Positions 6,087 to 16,213 are shown, counted from the first letter of the stretch. The stretch: DNA of 16,718 nucleotides from Candidatus Zixiibacteriota bacterium (GCA_040235515.1 JBECKX010000113.1:1-16718); one strand, 5' to 3'. Numbers and translations are program-made. The notes: generated by a model not told the origin, from the letters alone.

Positions 6087-9000
6087 ATGCTGAAATACAT
6101 CGTTGAATTTACCATTCGGTACAGGATCCTGATCCTGATACTCGGTGGAGTTCTCTGCCTGTTCGGGATCTTCGCCCTCTGGCATCTGCCCTTTGATGCA
6201 TTCCCCGACACGACCCCGACGCTTGTGCAGGTGAATGTATCCGCACCGGGTTGGGCGCCGGAAGACCTGGAGCGGCTGGTCACTTACCCGATCGAACAAT
6301 CATTGACCGGACTCGCCGGGCTGACAGAGGTCAGGTCGGTAACAAAGTATGGCCTCTGCCAGATAACCACCATTTTCTCTGACGAGACCGACCTCTACCT
6401 CGCGCGCCAGCAGGTGAGTGAACGGCTCCCGGCTGTGGAACTCCCCGAAGGGATCGAACCCCCCAGGCTTGGCCCGGTATCTACCGGGCTTGGCGAGATT
6501 TTCCACTACATAGTACTTGGGAATGGCGCTGATCCTACTTATCCCCGCACCATCCAGGACTGGAACATCAAACCGCAACTTCAGGCAGTTCCCGGGGTTG
6601 CGGAGGTAAACAGCTGGGGCGGCTTCGAGAAGCAGTATTTGATCATTCTCAAGCCGGAACAACTGGCCAAATACGGTCTGACAGTGGATGCACTGGTCAA
6701 GCGAGTGCACGAGGACTTAGGCAATGTCGCCGGGGGGCAGGTTGTGAGGGCGGGCGAGATGACTCTGATTCGCGGGATCGGGGTTGTCGAATCGATTGCC
6801 GACATCGAAGGGGTTGTGGTGGACGTCCGCGAGGGCGTGCCTCTATTCATCTCCGATATCGCCGACGTGGTCATTGGTCACGAGATTCGGCGAGGCGCCA
6901 CAACCTACAACGGGCTGGGAGAGGCGGTGCTTGGGCTGGGATTCATGATCACCGGTGAGAATCCGCCGAGCGTGACTGAACAACTCGCAGCGCGCCTGAG
7001 TGAAGTCGAGGAAACTCTCCCTGACAGCATTAAGGCAGTCACTGTATATGAACGCACGAAGCTTGTCGACGAAGTCCTCTCGACCGTAGAGCACAACCTG
7101 TTCTATGGTGCGATCTTGGTGATTGCGGTCCTCTTCATGTTCCTCGGCAATCTACGTGCGGGATTGATCGTAGCTTCCGCCATCCCGCTCTCGATGCTGT
7201 TTGCATTCGACATGATGTCGAGAGTTGGAATTGCCGGCAGCCTGATGAGTCTCGGCGCGATCGACTTCGGATTGGCTGTCGACAACGCCGTGATTCAGGT
7301 CGAAAACGCGGTGCGCCGGCTCTCATCCGCAAACGAGCCCGCCTCGCGCCTCGAGACGATCCGGGATGCAATCCTCGAGGTCAGGAAGCCGACTCTTTTC
7401 GGGGAATTGATTCTGATCATCGTCTATCTCCCGATACTTACACTTCAGGGTGTCGAGGGCAAACTGTTCCGTCCGATGGCGCTTACTGTAGTGTTTGTGC
7501 TGACAGGTTCCTTAATACTCTCCTTCACCATTCTGCCCGCACTCATCGCCACATTCCTAAAAAGCGCTCGAGTTGAGCGTGAACCGCGCCTGCTGAAATG
7601 GATGCGGCGGCACTATGAGCCGGTGCTCGACTGGTCGATGCGTTTCCGGAAATTCGTACTGTTGGGCGCACTGGCGTTACTCGCCGGAGGTATCTTCCTC
7701 TTCTCCAGCCTCGGTTCAGAGTTTGTGCCGCGACTGAATGAGGGTACGATCGTCATCAATCTGGTGAGGTTATCGGGAATCTCCCTGGAGCAGACCGTCG
7801 AGTACAATACACAGATCGAGAAGAATCTGATGGCGGCGTTTCCTGATGAGATCGAGCATGTCTGGACTCGCGCCGGTACAGCAGAGCTTTCCACCGATCC
7901 AATGGGAATCGAGCTCTCCGACATGTTCATCTCCCTGACACCGAGAGAGAACTGGACCCGGGCCAGCAATCAAACGGAATTGGTCGCTGCAATCGATGAA
8001 GAGCTCGCGGACCTTCCGGGACAGAATCGCATATTCACACAGCCGATAGAGATGCGTGTCAATGAGATGGTTGCCGGGATCAGATCAGATATCGGCATCA
8101 AGTTGTTCGGCGATGACCTCGACGTGCTGGTCGAGAAGGCCGAGGAGATCGCCGAAATCGTGGAGCATATCCGGGGTGCGGCTGATGTGTCGGTCGAGCA
8201 GATAACCGGGCAACCGCAGCTTCGCCTTGCGGTGGATCGTCAGAAACTCGCTCGTTACGGGCTTTCCGCCAGGGATGCTCTGACGGCTATCGAGAGTATC
8301 GGGGGAGTTGTTGTAGGCGATGTCTTTGAAGGGCAACGCCGATTTTATCTGGCAGTGAGGATCGACCCGGAGAGGCTGGAGGGCGCGGAGGATGTCTCAC
8401 AGCTGTTACTGGCTTCAAGCAGCGGCAGCCTGGTGAAACTCGATCGGGTTATAACAGCTGAATTAGAGGAAGGTCCGGCGACGATCACCAGAGAATGGAG
8501 TCGACGCCGCATAGTCGTCCAGTGCAACGTGCGCGACAGAGATATCGGTTCATTCGTCTCGGAGCTAAGGGAAGTTCTTCACGCAGACGTCTCGCTCCCC
8601 GAGGGATACTTCATCCGGATGGGTGGTCAATTCGAGAATCTTGAGCGCGCTCGCATACGGCTCATGATCGTTGTGCCAATAGCCCTGATCCTGATCTTCG
8701 GGCTGCTCTACTGGACTTACAAATCGGCACGCGATGCACTCCTTATCTTCTCTGGTGTGCCACTCGCGGCGATTGGTGGTGTGGTCTCGCTGGCGCTGCG
8801 TGGAATGCCATTCTCCATTTCTGCCGGCGTGGGTTTCATCGCCCTCTCAGGGATTGCGGTACTCAATGGTCTGGTGCTGGTGTCCTCGATCAAACGACTG
8901 CGTGCCGAAGGAGTCGAGATCAGTGCAGCTATCAAGCAAAGTGCGCTGACGCGGTTGAGACCGGTCTTCATGACCGCGCTGGTCGCAGCACTCGGTTTCA

Positions 9001-9155
9001 TTCCGATGGCGCTCTCCACCAGCATTGGCGCCGAAGTACAGCGGCCTCTCGCCACAGTTGTGGTCGGAGGGATTTTGACATCCACCATGCTCACTCTGGT
9101 CGTTCTGCCGGTACTTTACCTGACTTTCGGGAAGAAGACGGAGTCGGAACAGTAG
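6087..9155 (+). CDS. czcA: CusA/CzcA-family heavy-metal efflux RND transporter (1022 aa), divalent-cation (CzcA-like) signature
   Basis: N-terminal LPFDAFPDTT..VQV and ERLVTYPIE, PVSTGLGEIFHY, TM4 MSLGAIDFGLAVDNAVIQVEN (DFG...D...EN), GVEGKLFRPMA, RLRPVFMTALVAALGFIPMA and GAEVQRPLATVVVGG. Confidence 0.93.
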   Translation: MLKYIVEFTIRYRILILILGGVLCLFGIFALWHLPFDAFPDTTPTLVQVNVSAPGWAPEDLERLVTYPIEQSLTGLAGLTEVRSVTKYGLCQITTIFSDETDLYLARQQVSERLPAVELPEGIEPPRLGPVSTGLGEIFHYIVLGNGADPTYPRTIQDWNIKPQLQAVPGVAEVNSWGGFEKQYLIILKPEQLAKYGLTVDALVKRVHEDLGNVAGGQVVRAGEMTLIRGIGVVESIADIEGVVVDVREGVPLFISDIADVVIGHEIRRGATTYNGLGEAVLGLGFMITGENPPSVTEQLAARLSEVEETLPDSIKAVTVYERTKLVDEVLSTVEHNLFYGAILVIAVLFMFLGNLRAGLIVASAIPLSMLFAFDMMSRVGIAGSLMSLGAIDFGLAVDNAVIQVENAVRRLSSANEPASRLETIRDAILEVRKPTLFGELILIIVYLPILTLQGVEGKLFRPMALTVVFVLTGSLILSFTILPALIATFLKSARVEREPRLLKWMRRHYEPVLDWSMRFRKFVLLGALALLAGGIFLFSSLGSEFVPRLNEGTIVINLVRLSGISLEQTVEYNTQIEKNLMAAFPDEIEHVWTRAGTAELSTDPMGIELSDMFISLTPRENWTRASNQTELVAAIDEELADLPGQNRIFTQPIEMRVNEMVAGIRSDIGIKLFGDDLDVLVEKAEEIAEIVEHIRGAADVSVEQITGQPQLRLAVDRQKLARYGLSARDALTAIESIGGVVVGDVFEGQRRFYLAVRIDPERLEGAEDVSQLLLASSSGSLVKLDRVITAELEEGPATITREWSRRRIVVQCNVRDRDIGSFVSELREVLHADVSLPEGYFIRMGGQFENLERARIRLMIVVPIALILIFGLLYWTYKSARDALLIFSGVPLAAIGGVVSLALRGMPFSISAGVGFIALSGIAVLNGLVLVSSIKRLRAEGVEISAAIKQSALTRLRPVFMTALVAALGFIPMALSTSIGAEVQRPLATVVVGGILTSTMLTLVVLPVLYLTFGKKTESEQ

Positions 9156-9214
9156 CATCCGGTCATGTGTCGGGATGGCTGCCTGCTGTTGTTAGTAAGC
9201 TGAAATTGAGATGC

Positions 9215-9238
9215 AGGCCCCTGCAGGATCGGGGGCCT
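9215..9238. terminator. GC-rich hairpin between convergent czcA-like and kinase genes; possible terminator
   Basis: AGGCCCCT-(GCAGGATC)-GGGGGCCT forms an 8-bp stem with one G-U pair. The U tract is weak (TTCGTT on +). Confidence 0.45.
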
Positions 9239-9255
9239 TCGTTGATCGCGAATAA

Positions 9256-9269
9256 TTTTCGAATACGTT
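9256..9269 (+). repeat. 14-bp direct repeat TTTTCGAATACGTT, copy 1 (overlaps the last base of the kinase stop codon)
   Basis: Identical to 13483-13496. Confidence 0.7.
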
Positions 9270-12200
9270 TATCGAGTACGGGCTGCTTCCGCTTTGTCCA
9301 GTTCTGACCTGACCACGGTAGCGATCGCTCTTCTGGTCAGGGGCTTCCTCACAAAACTACCCGCGCCCAGCTCCTGAGCGACCCTCACTCTGGCCGATTC
9401 GGAGTAGCCGGAGACGATAACAGATCTCTGAGCAGGGTTGAATTCGACTATTTTTTCGAAGGTCTCGGCGCCGTCAATCCCCCCCGGCATTACCATATCA
9501 AGGATTATCAGGTCTTGTGGCGTATGCTTCAGAAACTCGATCGCATCCTCCCCGCTTTCAACTGAGCTGACAATGTAACCCAACCGCTGCAGGAGTTGGG
9601 TCGTGACATCCCGCTGTATCTTGTCATCATCGATAACCAGGATCGTCTCGGTCCCGCCCGGGATGTCGCTTGTTTCGTCCGTGTCAGAGTTCAGGCGTGT
9701 GATCGGGAAGTAGATATAGAATGAAGTTCCGATTCCCGGTTGGGTTTTCAAATCCAGATAACCGTTGTGATCTTTTACCACGGTATCGACGACACTCATC
9801 CCCAGACCTGAACCACGCTTCTTGTCGCTGGTCTTGGTCGTGAAGAACGGATCAAGGATCTTCTGGACTACATCATCGGGTATACCGCAACCATCATCGG
9901 AGACTGTCAGCCTGACATACTCGCCCTTGGGAATCCGGCCGAAGACTCCAAACACATCGTCGGCATAGATATTCTCCGTGCTGACAATGATGTGACCCAC
10001 CTCATCGAGTGCATCGACGGCATTGCAGAGTAGATTGGTCAATACGCGGTGGATCTGTGAGCCCCCACCGAGGATGTTCATCAGGTCCGGAGCAAGATCC
10101 ACCTCCACCGATATCGTGTCAGTCAGGTGTGGGATATTCTTGACAGCCTGACTCACGATCGAGTTGAGGTTGAGTACAACCTGATTGTAGTGGCCGCGTC
10201 GGCCGAGGGTCAACAACTGCTGATTGATCTCCGCCATCCCCTTCGCGGCTTCCTCGATTTGATCGATATACTCATGTGCCGGGTGGATTCTCGGCAGCTC
10301 ATCCCGAATCATCTCCGGGTAGGCTGCTATCGGCGCCAGCAGATTATTGAAGTCGTGTGCAACCTGTCCGGCGATTATCCCGGCGGTTTCAAGTCGCTCA
10401 GCGCGCGACTCAAGCTCCCGCAGGCGCTTGGTCTCGGTAATATCATTCTTGGCCGCGACATAGTTCACAATCTTGCCGGCGGAGTCAACGACGGGGGATA
10501 TGGTCACGTTCTCGGTATACAACGTGCCGTCCTTCCGCTTGTTGACAATCTCTCCGCTCCACTCCCTGCCGCTTGACAAGGTTTTCCACATTCTCGTGTA
10601 GAATTCCTGGTCGTGCATGCCACTCTTCAGCAGCCTCGGGCTTCTCCCGATTACTTCCTCGACCGAGTATCCTGTAGTCTTCGTGAAGGCTGGATTGGTA
10701 TACTCGATGATTCCCTTTACATCAGTGATAACGATAGTCTCTTCGGCCTGTTCGATTGCCCGCAAAAGACGAGTATTGGACACCTCCGCCTGCTTGCGTT
10801 TGGTGATATCCTGCACTGTGCCGATGACCTTGCACGGCTTGCCGTCGCTCAATTCGGTTGAGAGACTCACCTGCACATCTATAAGCCGCGCATCTTTGCG
10901 CTTCAACCTGAATTCGTACGACTGATCGTTCAGATCTCCCGACTCAAGACTCATATTCAGCCACTGAGTGAAGCTCTCGTGGGTGTCTTGCTGATCGGTT
11001 TCTGAATCGACCTTCATCACCTCCATTGCCTCGGACTTGTCATAGCCCATTAAGTCATACATACCCTCGGACCAGGTAACCTCCCCTGTTTTGACATCCA
11101 AGACAAAGTCTCCCAGGTCGGCGATTCGCTGGGCCTCGATCAATCTCGCCTTACTTTTGCGGAGTTCGTTTTCAACTTGCTTTCGCGCGGTCACGTCAAC
11201 TATCTGCGCCAGGTAGCCAGCCGTCTTGCCCTTTTGTCTCAGCGTCATGACGAAGATATCCAGCCAGGCAACGCCGCTCCGGCTCGTTGGAAATCTGCCG
11301 GCCTCACTCATCAAATCGAAATCGATGCTTGTCGAAATGGCAACCGGCGTGCCCTGCTTGAGATGCTCCGCCATCTCCGGTGACATGTTTGGGTCATCCC
11401 AGAGGGAGTATCCGAGAACGTAACTGATATCTTCGATCCCAAACAGGTCGAGCGTCTGTTGATTCGCTTCGATCAAGCGTCCATTCAGGTCATAGATCTG
11501 GATGGCGAGCGGAGATTGTTCGAAGATCCCCCTGAATTTTTCCTCGCTCTCATGCAGTTTTTCTTCGGCGTGGTGTCGCTCGGTAACATCCGTGTAGGAT
11601 GTAAGCCGGAGAACTTCGCCATCGAGCGTGATGTTGGTGGCATCAAGTTCAAGCCGTCTTACCTCTCCATCTTCGCGGATGATGTCTACCGAGAAACTTG
11701 CTGGCAATTCACTGCCTTGCCCGAGCATGCGCATTCGCTCTTCCACGATCAGTCGACTTTCGGCGGTGAAGTAACTCAGTGGCGGTTTTTCTCTGAACCT
11801 GTCTGCACTGTCAACTTTGAAGATATCCAGCAGCTTCTTGTTGGCGTGCACCAATTCCAATCCCCTGCTGACGCTGATACCGAAGCCTGCTTTCTCGAAG
11901 AGCCTCCGATACCGCTCCTCACTATCCCTGAGCCTCTCTTCCATCCGCCTACGTTCTGTGAAGTCGATGGCGCTGATCGCAAGAAACTGCGGTGCCCCAT
12001 TCTCGTCGTGGATCGCTGTACCGCTCACGAGCATCGGAAATTCTACGCCGTCGCGATCGACATGCCACACTTCCTCCGGGCCGAAGGAGCCGGCTTCGAT
12101 CAGTCGCCCGTTGATCCGCCTGACTTCAGTCATCTGTTCCGCGGTATGCAGCGTGGAGAGGTTCTTTCCAATCAATTCGTCGGGCATAAACCCATGGGTT

Positions 12201-13192
12201 TCTGCAAAGGAACTGTTGACATAGAGCAGGTTACCGTCGAGGTCAGTAATAGCATTGCCATGCACGGCCTGCTCCGAAAATACTTTGAATTTTCTCAGTT
12301 CCGCTTCGGTGCTCTTCTGTTGAGTGACATCAATGAAGTTGATAACGAAGTATTCTTTGTCGATCGGGAATGCTGTGACATCGACCGTCTTGTCGCAATC
12401 CTCACAGAAATGAATGAAGTTGATCGATCTCTGCTCCGACAACATCGTCTCATAGTACTTGAGCTTTTCATCGAATTGCCTCGAGTTCGCAAATGCTCGC
12501 GCGCTCTTTCCAATCATCGATTCGGTGTCATATCCGGTGTGGTGGTAGACAGCATCATTAGCATCGAGATAGCGATAGTCGATCAGGCGGCCCTGCGCGT
12601 CTCGAATTGCCCTGCAGTAGATCAATCCGAATGGAGACTTATGGAACAGAACACCAAGCTTCTGCTCTGTCTTTGTCAAAGATTCCCTCGCCGATTTCAG
12701 CTCGGTGACATCATTGGCGATCAGCAGAACGACTGCTTCACCCACGCAGTCATAGGAGGAGAACGTTACATCGACAAACAGCCTGTCGCCGCTCTTTGTC
12801 AGCAAGATCAGCTTGGCTGGATCGAGGCTATCGGACGCAAGACTCTTCAGCGTCTTTCTGCGGCCTTTTTCATCTTCGGGCAACAGCCTGTCAAGCCGAC
12901 TTCCGATTAACTCACTCTTATCGTAGCCGGTAAGCTCGATGGCGGCGGGATTGACATCGAGGATCAGGTTCGTTTCGGAGTCAATGAGAAATATGGAACT
13001 CAACACCTCCGTGAACAGCTTGAAACACATCAAGCTCGACTTATCTGAGCAGAAGGCCCGAGACAGTGTTGAGTTTGTCTCGGAGCCGGGATTGAGAGCT
13101 TCTTGCTGAGCATCTGCTTTCCCGTCGACCTGATCGCTCAGACCGCCACAATTTTCATGGAGTTGTTTAGCTAATTTATCCACATTTTGCAT
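9269..13192 (-). CDS. Cytoplasmic multi-PAS hybrid sensor histidine kinase/response regulator (7 PAS/PAC + HisKA + HATPase_c + receiver), up to 1307 aa
   Basis: Seven PAS-PAC modules end in NDVTE, IDVTQ, IDFTE, TDVTE, VDVTA, QDITK and NDITE. H-box AGQVAHDFNNLL, N-box VLTNLLCNAVDA, G1/F/G2 boxes VSDDGCGI..DPFFTTK..GSGLGM. Receiver ILVIDDD..IILDMVMPG..VSGY..FVRKP. No TM segment seen. The exact start is uncertain. Confidence 0.93.
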   Translation of the reverse strand: MQNVDKLAKQLHENCGGLSDQVDGKADAQQEALNPGSETNSTLSRAFCSDKSSLMCFKLFTEVLSSIFLIDSETNLILDVNPAAIELTGYDKSELIGSRLDRLLPEDEKGRRKTLKSLASDSLDPAKLILLTKSGDRLFVDVTFSSYDCVGEAVVLLIANDVTELKSARESLTKTEQKLGVLFHKSPFGLIYCRAIRDAQGRLIDYRYLDANDAVYHHTGYDTESMIGKSARAFANSRQFDEKLKYYETMLSEQRSINFIHFCEDCDKTVDVTAFPIDKEYFVINFIDVTQQKSTEAELRKFKVFSEQAVHGNAITDLDGNLLYVNSSFAETHGFMPDELIGKNLSTLHTAEQMTEVRRINGRLIEAGSFGPEEVWHVDRDGVEFPMLVSGTAIHDENGAPQFLAISAIDFTERRRMEERLRDSEERYRRLFEKAGFGISVSRGLELVHANKKLLDIFKVDSADRFREKPPLSYFTAESRLIVEERMRMLGQGSELPASFSVDIIREDGEVRRLELDATNITLDGEVLRLTSYTDVTERHHAEEKLHESEEKFRGIFEQSPLAIQIYDLNGRLIEANQQTLDLFGIEDISYVLGYSLWDDPNMSPEMAEHLKQGTPVAISTSIDFDLMSEAGRFPTSRSGVAWLDIFVMTLRQKGKTAGYLAQIVDVTARKQVENELRKSKARLIEAQRIADLGDFVLDVKTGEVTWSEGMYDLMGYDKSEAMEVMKVDSETDQQDTHESFTQWLNMSLESGDLNDQSYEFRLKRKDARLIDVQVSLSTELSDGKPCKVIGTVQDITKRKQAEVSNTRLLRAIEQAEETIVITDVKGIIEYTNPAFTKTTGYSVEEVIGRSPRLLKSGMHDQEFYTRMWKTLSSGREWSGEIVNKRKDGTLYTENVTISPVVDSAGKIVNYVAAKNDITETKRLRELESRAERLETAGIIAGQVAHDFNNLLAPIAAYPEMIRDELPRIHPAHEYIDQIEEAAKGMAEINQQLLTLGRRGHYNQVVLNLNSIVSQAVKNIPHLTDTISVEVDLAPDLMNILGGGSQIHRVLTNLLCNAVDALDEVGHIIVSTENIYADDVFGVFGRIPKGEYVRLTVSDDGCGIPDDVVQKILDPFFTTKTSDKKRGSGLGMSVVDTVVKDHNGYLDLKTQPGIGTSFYIYFPITRLNSDTDETSDIPGGTETILVIDDDKIQRDVTTQLLQRLGYIVSSVESGEDAIEFLKHTPQDLIILDMVMPGGIDGAETFEKIVEFNPAQRSVIVSGYSESARVRVAQELGAGSFVRKPLTRRAIATVVRSELDKAEAARTR

Positions 13193-13271
13193 TCTGTTTC
13201 CCGGGAATTGTCCAAGCCCCCATCTAATTTGTTTTGATTGCGCTGCTGTGCGGTGGAAGTAGTGCTAGACT

Positions 13272-13300
13272 ATTATATTTCTTCGGCATTCCCGATAGAA
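13272..13300 (-). promoter_or_regulatory. Possible sigma70-type promoter for the hybrid kinase
   Basis: Perfect TATAAT on the minus strand (13277-13272), about 80 nt upstream of ATG 13192. The hexamer 17 nt upstream is TTCTAT, a weak -35. Confidence 0.4.
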
Positions 13301-13482
13301 TCTGCACCAGTTGGGTAGGTGAATCGGTACGAATGTCGGAGAAACGTGACTTTATTTCTATGCAAAACGATTGCGTGGGAGAGAAATCACTTGTTAGCGC
13401 GGAGAATGAAGTCTGCGATCCTGAGTTTGTGGACCTTAACCTGCGATGTAGCGACACGAAACAGGAGTGTGTCTATCCGGTC

Positions 13483-13496
13483 TTTTCGAATACGTT
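13483..13496 (+). repeat. 14-bp direct repeat TTTTCGAATACGTT, copy 2
   Basis: Identical to 9256-9269; lies in the ppc-kinase intergenic region. Confidence 0.7.
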
Positions 13497-13555
13497 GGTG
13501 TAGCTTCACTTCTCCGCGATGCGCAACTCTCTCCGGCTGCTCTTGGGGGCCAAAC

Positions 13556-16213
13556 TCAACCGGTGTTGCGCATGCCGGCCGCTACGCCAACAATCGTCAA
13601 CAGAAGAGCTGTCCGCACTTCGGAGGGACTTGCTTCCCTATGCGCCCTGTATCGTTTCAGCGCTTCCACCTGAAGCAGATTCAGAACATCCGTATATGGG
13701 TTTCGCACATCAATCGATCGTTGGATAACAGGCGAGTCAGTCAACAAAGTCGGTTCACCTGTCAGTTCCAGCCAACCGGCACTGACTTTCGCCAGTTCGT
13801 CACGCAACTGCTGCCCGAACTGATGGAGAGCAGGATCGGTCAATACCCTTTCGTAGTGCTCCGTGATATCGGGTAAGCTCTTCGCCAGCACCATTTCCTG
13901 CATTCCAATGATATTGCGGAAGAAAACCCAGTTGTTCAGCATCTCGCGCAGCCTGGCCTTGACAGTTTCCCCACTCTCGAATATTGCCTGGGTGCCGAGC
14001 CATGCAGGCAGCATCAGGCGAACCTGCGTCCATGCAAACACCCAGGGAATAGCCCGGAGGCTGCCCACGACCGCCCCACCGCTTCGCCTCGCGGGACGAC
14101 TGCCAATCGCAATCTCCTCCAGCTCCCGGATAGGGGTGGTCTGCATGAAGTAATCGAGGAAACGCTCGTCCTGCTGAACCACACTCCGATATAGTGAGGC
14201 CGATTTCTCGGCCATCTGATCCATCATGGCCCGCCATTCCTCCAGCGGACTCTCAGGGCACAGGAGGTCTGCTTCGAGCATGGCCGACATGTAGACTTCC
14301 AGAGTTCGAAGCGCCACACCGGGCAAACCGAACTTGAATCGAATCACCTCACCTTGCTCAGTTACACGAAAACCACCATGCACCGCCCCCGGGGGTTGTG
14401 ACAGTAAAGCTTGATGCGCCGATGCTCCACCGCGGCTAATCGATCCGCCGCGTCCATGAAACAGTACCAGCTTGACCCCGTGCCGGCTGCATACTTCCGT
14501 CAACGCTTCCTGTGCCTTGAACTGTGCCCAGGATGCAGCCAGAAAACCGGCATCCTTGGCAGAATCCGAGTAGCCGATCATCACTTCCATCTCGGTTGTT
14601 CGCTCTCGCAGCCAATCGATACGGAGCAGCGCGTCGATGGAATCACCTGCCGAACTCAAGTCGGCTAGCGTCTCAAAGAGGGGAACGACACGCATCAGCG
14701 ATCTCACCCCGGCCAGCTTCTGCAGGAGATAGACAGCCAGGACGTCCGAGGGTGTCTTAGCCATCGAGATAACATAAGCTCCCAGCAGCGTCATATCCTG
14801 CTCGGCAATCAATCGCAGGGTTGACAACACCTCGCTGTCCTCATCGTCTGCGGCAAACGATGCTGGTATCTCCAACGTGCAGCCAGTCAGTTGTTCTACG
14901 AGGAATTCCCGGCGCTCATCCTCAGACATCCTGTCATAAGGCGGCAGTCCAAGAGCATCGGTTAGACTCGTGAGCAATCTCGTATGCCGCCGCGCGTCCT
15001 GCCTGATATCGAGCTTCAGGAGTGACCGCCCGAAACAGGCGAGTTTGCGCAGGATATCTGCGAGGAGACCATCCGCTATCTGTTTCATACCTGTCTCGCT
15101 CAACGAGCGGTAGCAGAGTAGCAGCGGTGCCTTTAACTCTGCCAATGAGGAGTAGCAGGGTTTGTAGCTTCGCTGTTTGTTTTCCAACACAGCTTCAATC
15201 TGCCTCATATCGTCAGAGAGATTATCGATGAACTCCCGGAGTAAGACACGATATGGCTCCCGGGCATTGCCCACCTTCTCACGCAGCTCGGACGAACAAC
15301 TCGCCATCGAAAGTGCCGAGCGCAACTTGATCAGGTCACGCTTAAGTAACTCGGCACACTCCCACTGTCCCAGCAGAAGCACTTCCCGTGTCACTTCAGC
15401 CGTAACATTCGGGTTGCCATCGCGATCTCCGCCCATCCATGATGAAAAGCGAATTGGGCTGAAGTCTATCGGCAAGCTTCGCCCAACCGTCTCCTGCAGC
15501 ACCATATCAAGATGGCGAAGATAGACAGGCACGACATCCCACAACGTCTGCTCGACGACTGCAAAGCCCCAATGTGCTTCCTCCACGGGAGTAGGTTTGG
15601 CGAATCTCAGTTCATCAGTTCGCCATGCCGAGAGGAGAACCTGGTGGAGTTCATCCTCGCTCCACCTGCGCTCCTCCACCGTCAGGTCCTCGCGATCAAG
15701 CTCACCAAGCAACTGCTCGATCTGAGAGTATTTCTGGATCATTGTGCGGCGCTGGATCTCGGTGGGATGAGCCGTCAGCACAAAGTCTATTTTTGTCTCC
15801 AGCAAGCGTTCGATTATTCGTTGCTTGTCGACGCCCGACGCAAGCAAGCGGGGAAACAGCTCCTCAAGCGATCCCTTCTGAGGTCGCTGATCATTGTGCC
15901 TGCGGTACTCACGGCGCCGCCTGACCCTGTGATGCTGCTCTGCTATGTTTGCCAGATTGAGGAAGTGGCCGAATGCTTTGGCCATAAGCATAAGATGTCG
16001 ATCATCCAGTTTGCCGATTAAATCAATCAAGGAGTCGCGGGCACTCTTGTCTCCGCCGCGAAACTGCTGAGAGACATCTCGAATGCGTGCCACCAATTCA
16101 AGTACCGCTTCTCCCTCCAGCGCGGTGATCACGTCGCCGAGTATATTACCGAGCATGCGAATGTTCTGGCGTAACGGCTTATGTGGGTCTGGTCTGTTCA
16201 TCGAATTCATCAT
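13556..16213 (-). CDS. ppc: Phosphoenolpyruvate carboxylase (bacterial type, ~885 aa)
   Basis: Motifs VLTAHPTE (catalytic His), SWMGGDRDGNP, LDIRQD, VVPLFET, VMIGYSDSAKDAG, FHGRGGSISRGG, LRAIPWVFAWTQ and C-terminal GMRNTG. The start is uncertain among ATG 16213, 16210 and 16201; the track's TTG 16246 is probably too long. Confidence 0.97.
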   Translation of the reverse strand: MMNSMNRPDPHKPLRQNIRMLGNILGDVITALEGEAVLELVARIRDVSQQFRGGDKSARDSLIDLIGKLDDRHLMLMAKAFGHFLNLANIAEQHHRVRRRREYRRHNDQRPQKGSLEELFPRLLASGVDKQRIIERLLETKIDFVLTAHPTEIQRRTMIQKYSQIEQLLGELDREDLTVEERRWSEDELHQVLLSAWRTDELRFAKPTPVEEAHWGFAVVEQTLWDVVPVYLRHLDMVLQETVGRSLPIDFSPIRFSSWMGGDRDGNPNVTAEVTREVLLLGQWECAELLKRDLIKLRSALSMASCSSELREKVGNAREPYRVLLREFIDNLSDDMRQIEAVLENKQRSYKPCYSSLAELKAPLLLCYRSLSETGMKQIADGLLADILRKLACFGRSLLKLDIRQDARRHTRLLTSLTDALGLPPYDRMSEDERREFLVEQLTGCTLEIPASFAADDEDSEVLSTLRLIAEQDMTLLGAYVISMAKTPSDVLAVYLLQKLAGVRSLMRVVPLFETLADLSSAGDSIDALLRIDWLRERTTEMEVMIGYSDSAKDAGFLAASWAQFKAQEALTEVCSRHGVKLVLFHGRGGSISRGGASAHQALLSQPPGAVHGGFRVTEQGEVIRFKFGLPGVALRTLEVYMSAMLEADLLCPESPLEEWRAMMDQMAEKSASLYRSVVQQDERFLDYFMQTTPIRELEEIAIGSRPARRSGGAVVGSLRAIPWVFAWTQVRLMLPAWLGTQAIFESGETVKARLREMLNNWVFFRNIIGMQEMVLAKSLPDITEHYERVLTDPALHQFGQQLRDELAKVSAGWLELTGEPTLLTDSPVIQRSIDVRNPYTDVLNLLQVEALKRYRAHREASPSEVRTALLLTIVGVAAGMRNTG

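Noticed and set aside
11459..12910. 483-aa plus-strand ORF antisense to the kinase
   Set aside because: It lies wholly inside a well-supported gene on the opposite strand and has no recognisable motifs; typical antisense shadow ORF.
13224..13876. Short ORFs in and around the ppc-kinase intergenic region (77, 89, 185 aa etc.)
   Set aside because: No convincing RBS or motifs; they overlap the putative kinase promoter or lie antisense to ppc.
9153..16213. Further stop-codon recoding (Sec/Pyl) at other gene ends, e.g. ppc TGA and czcA TAG
   Set aside because: ppc ends at its canonical RNTG C-terminus and czcA ends just after its last TM helix, so these are true stops.
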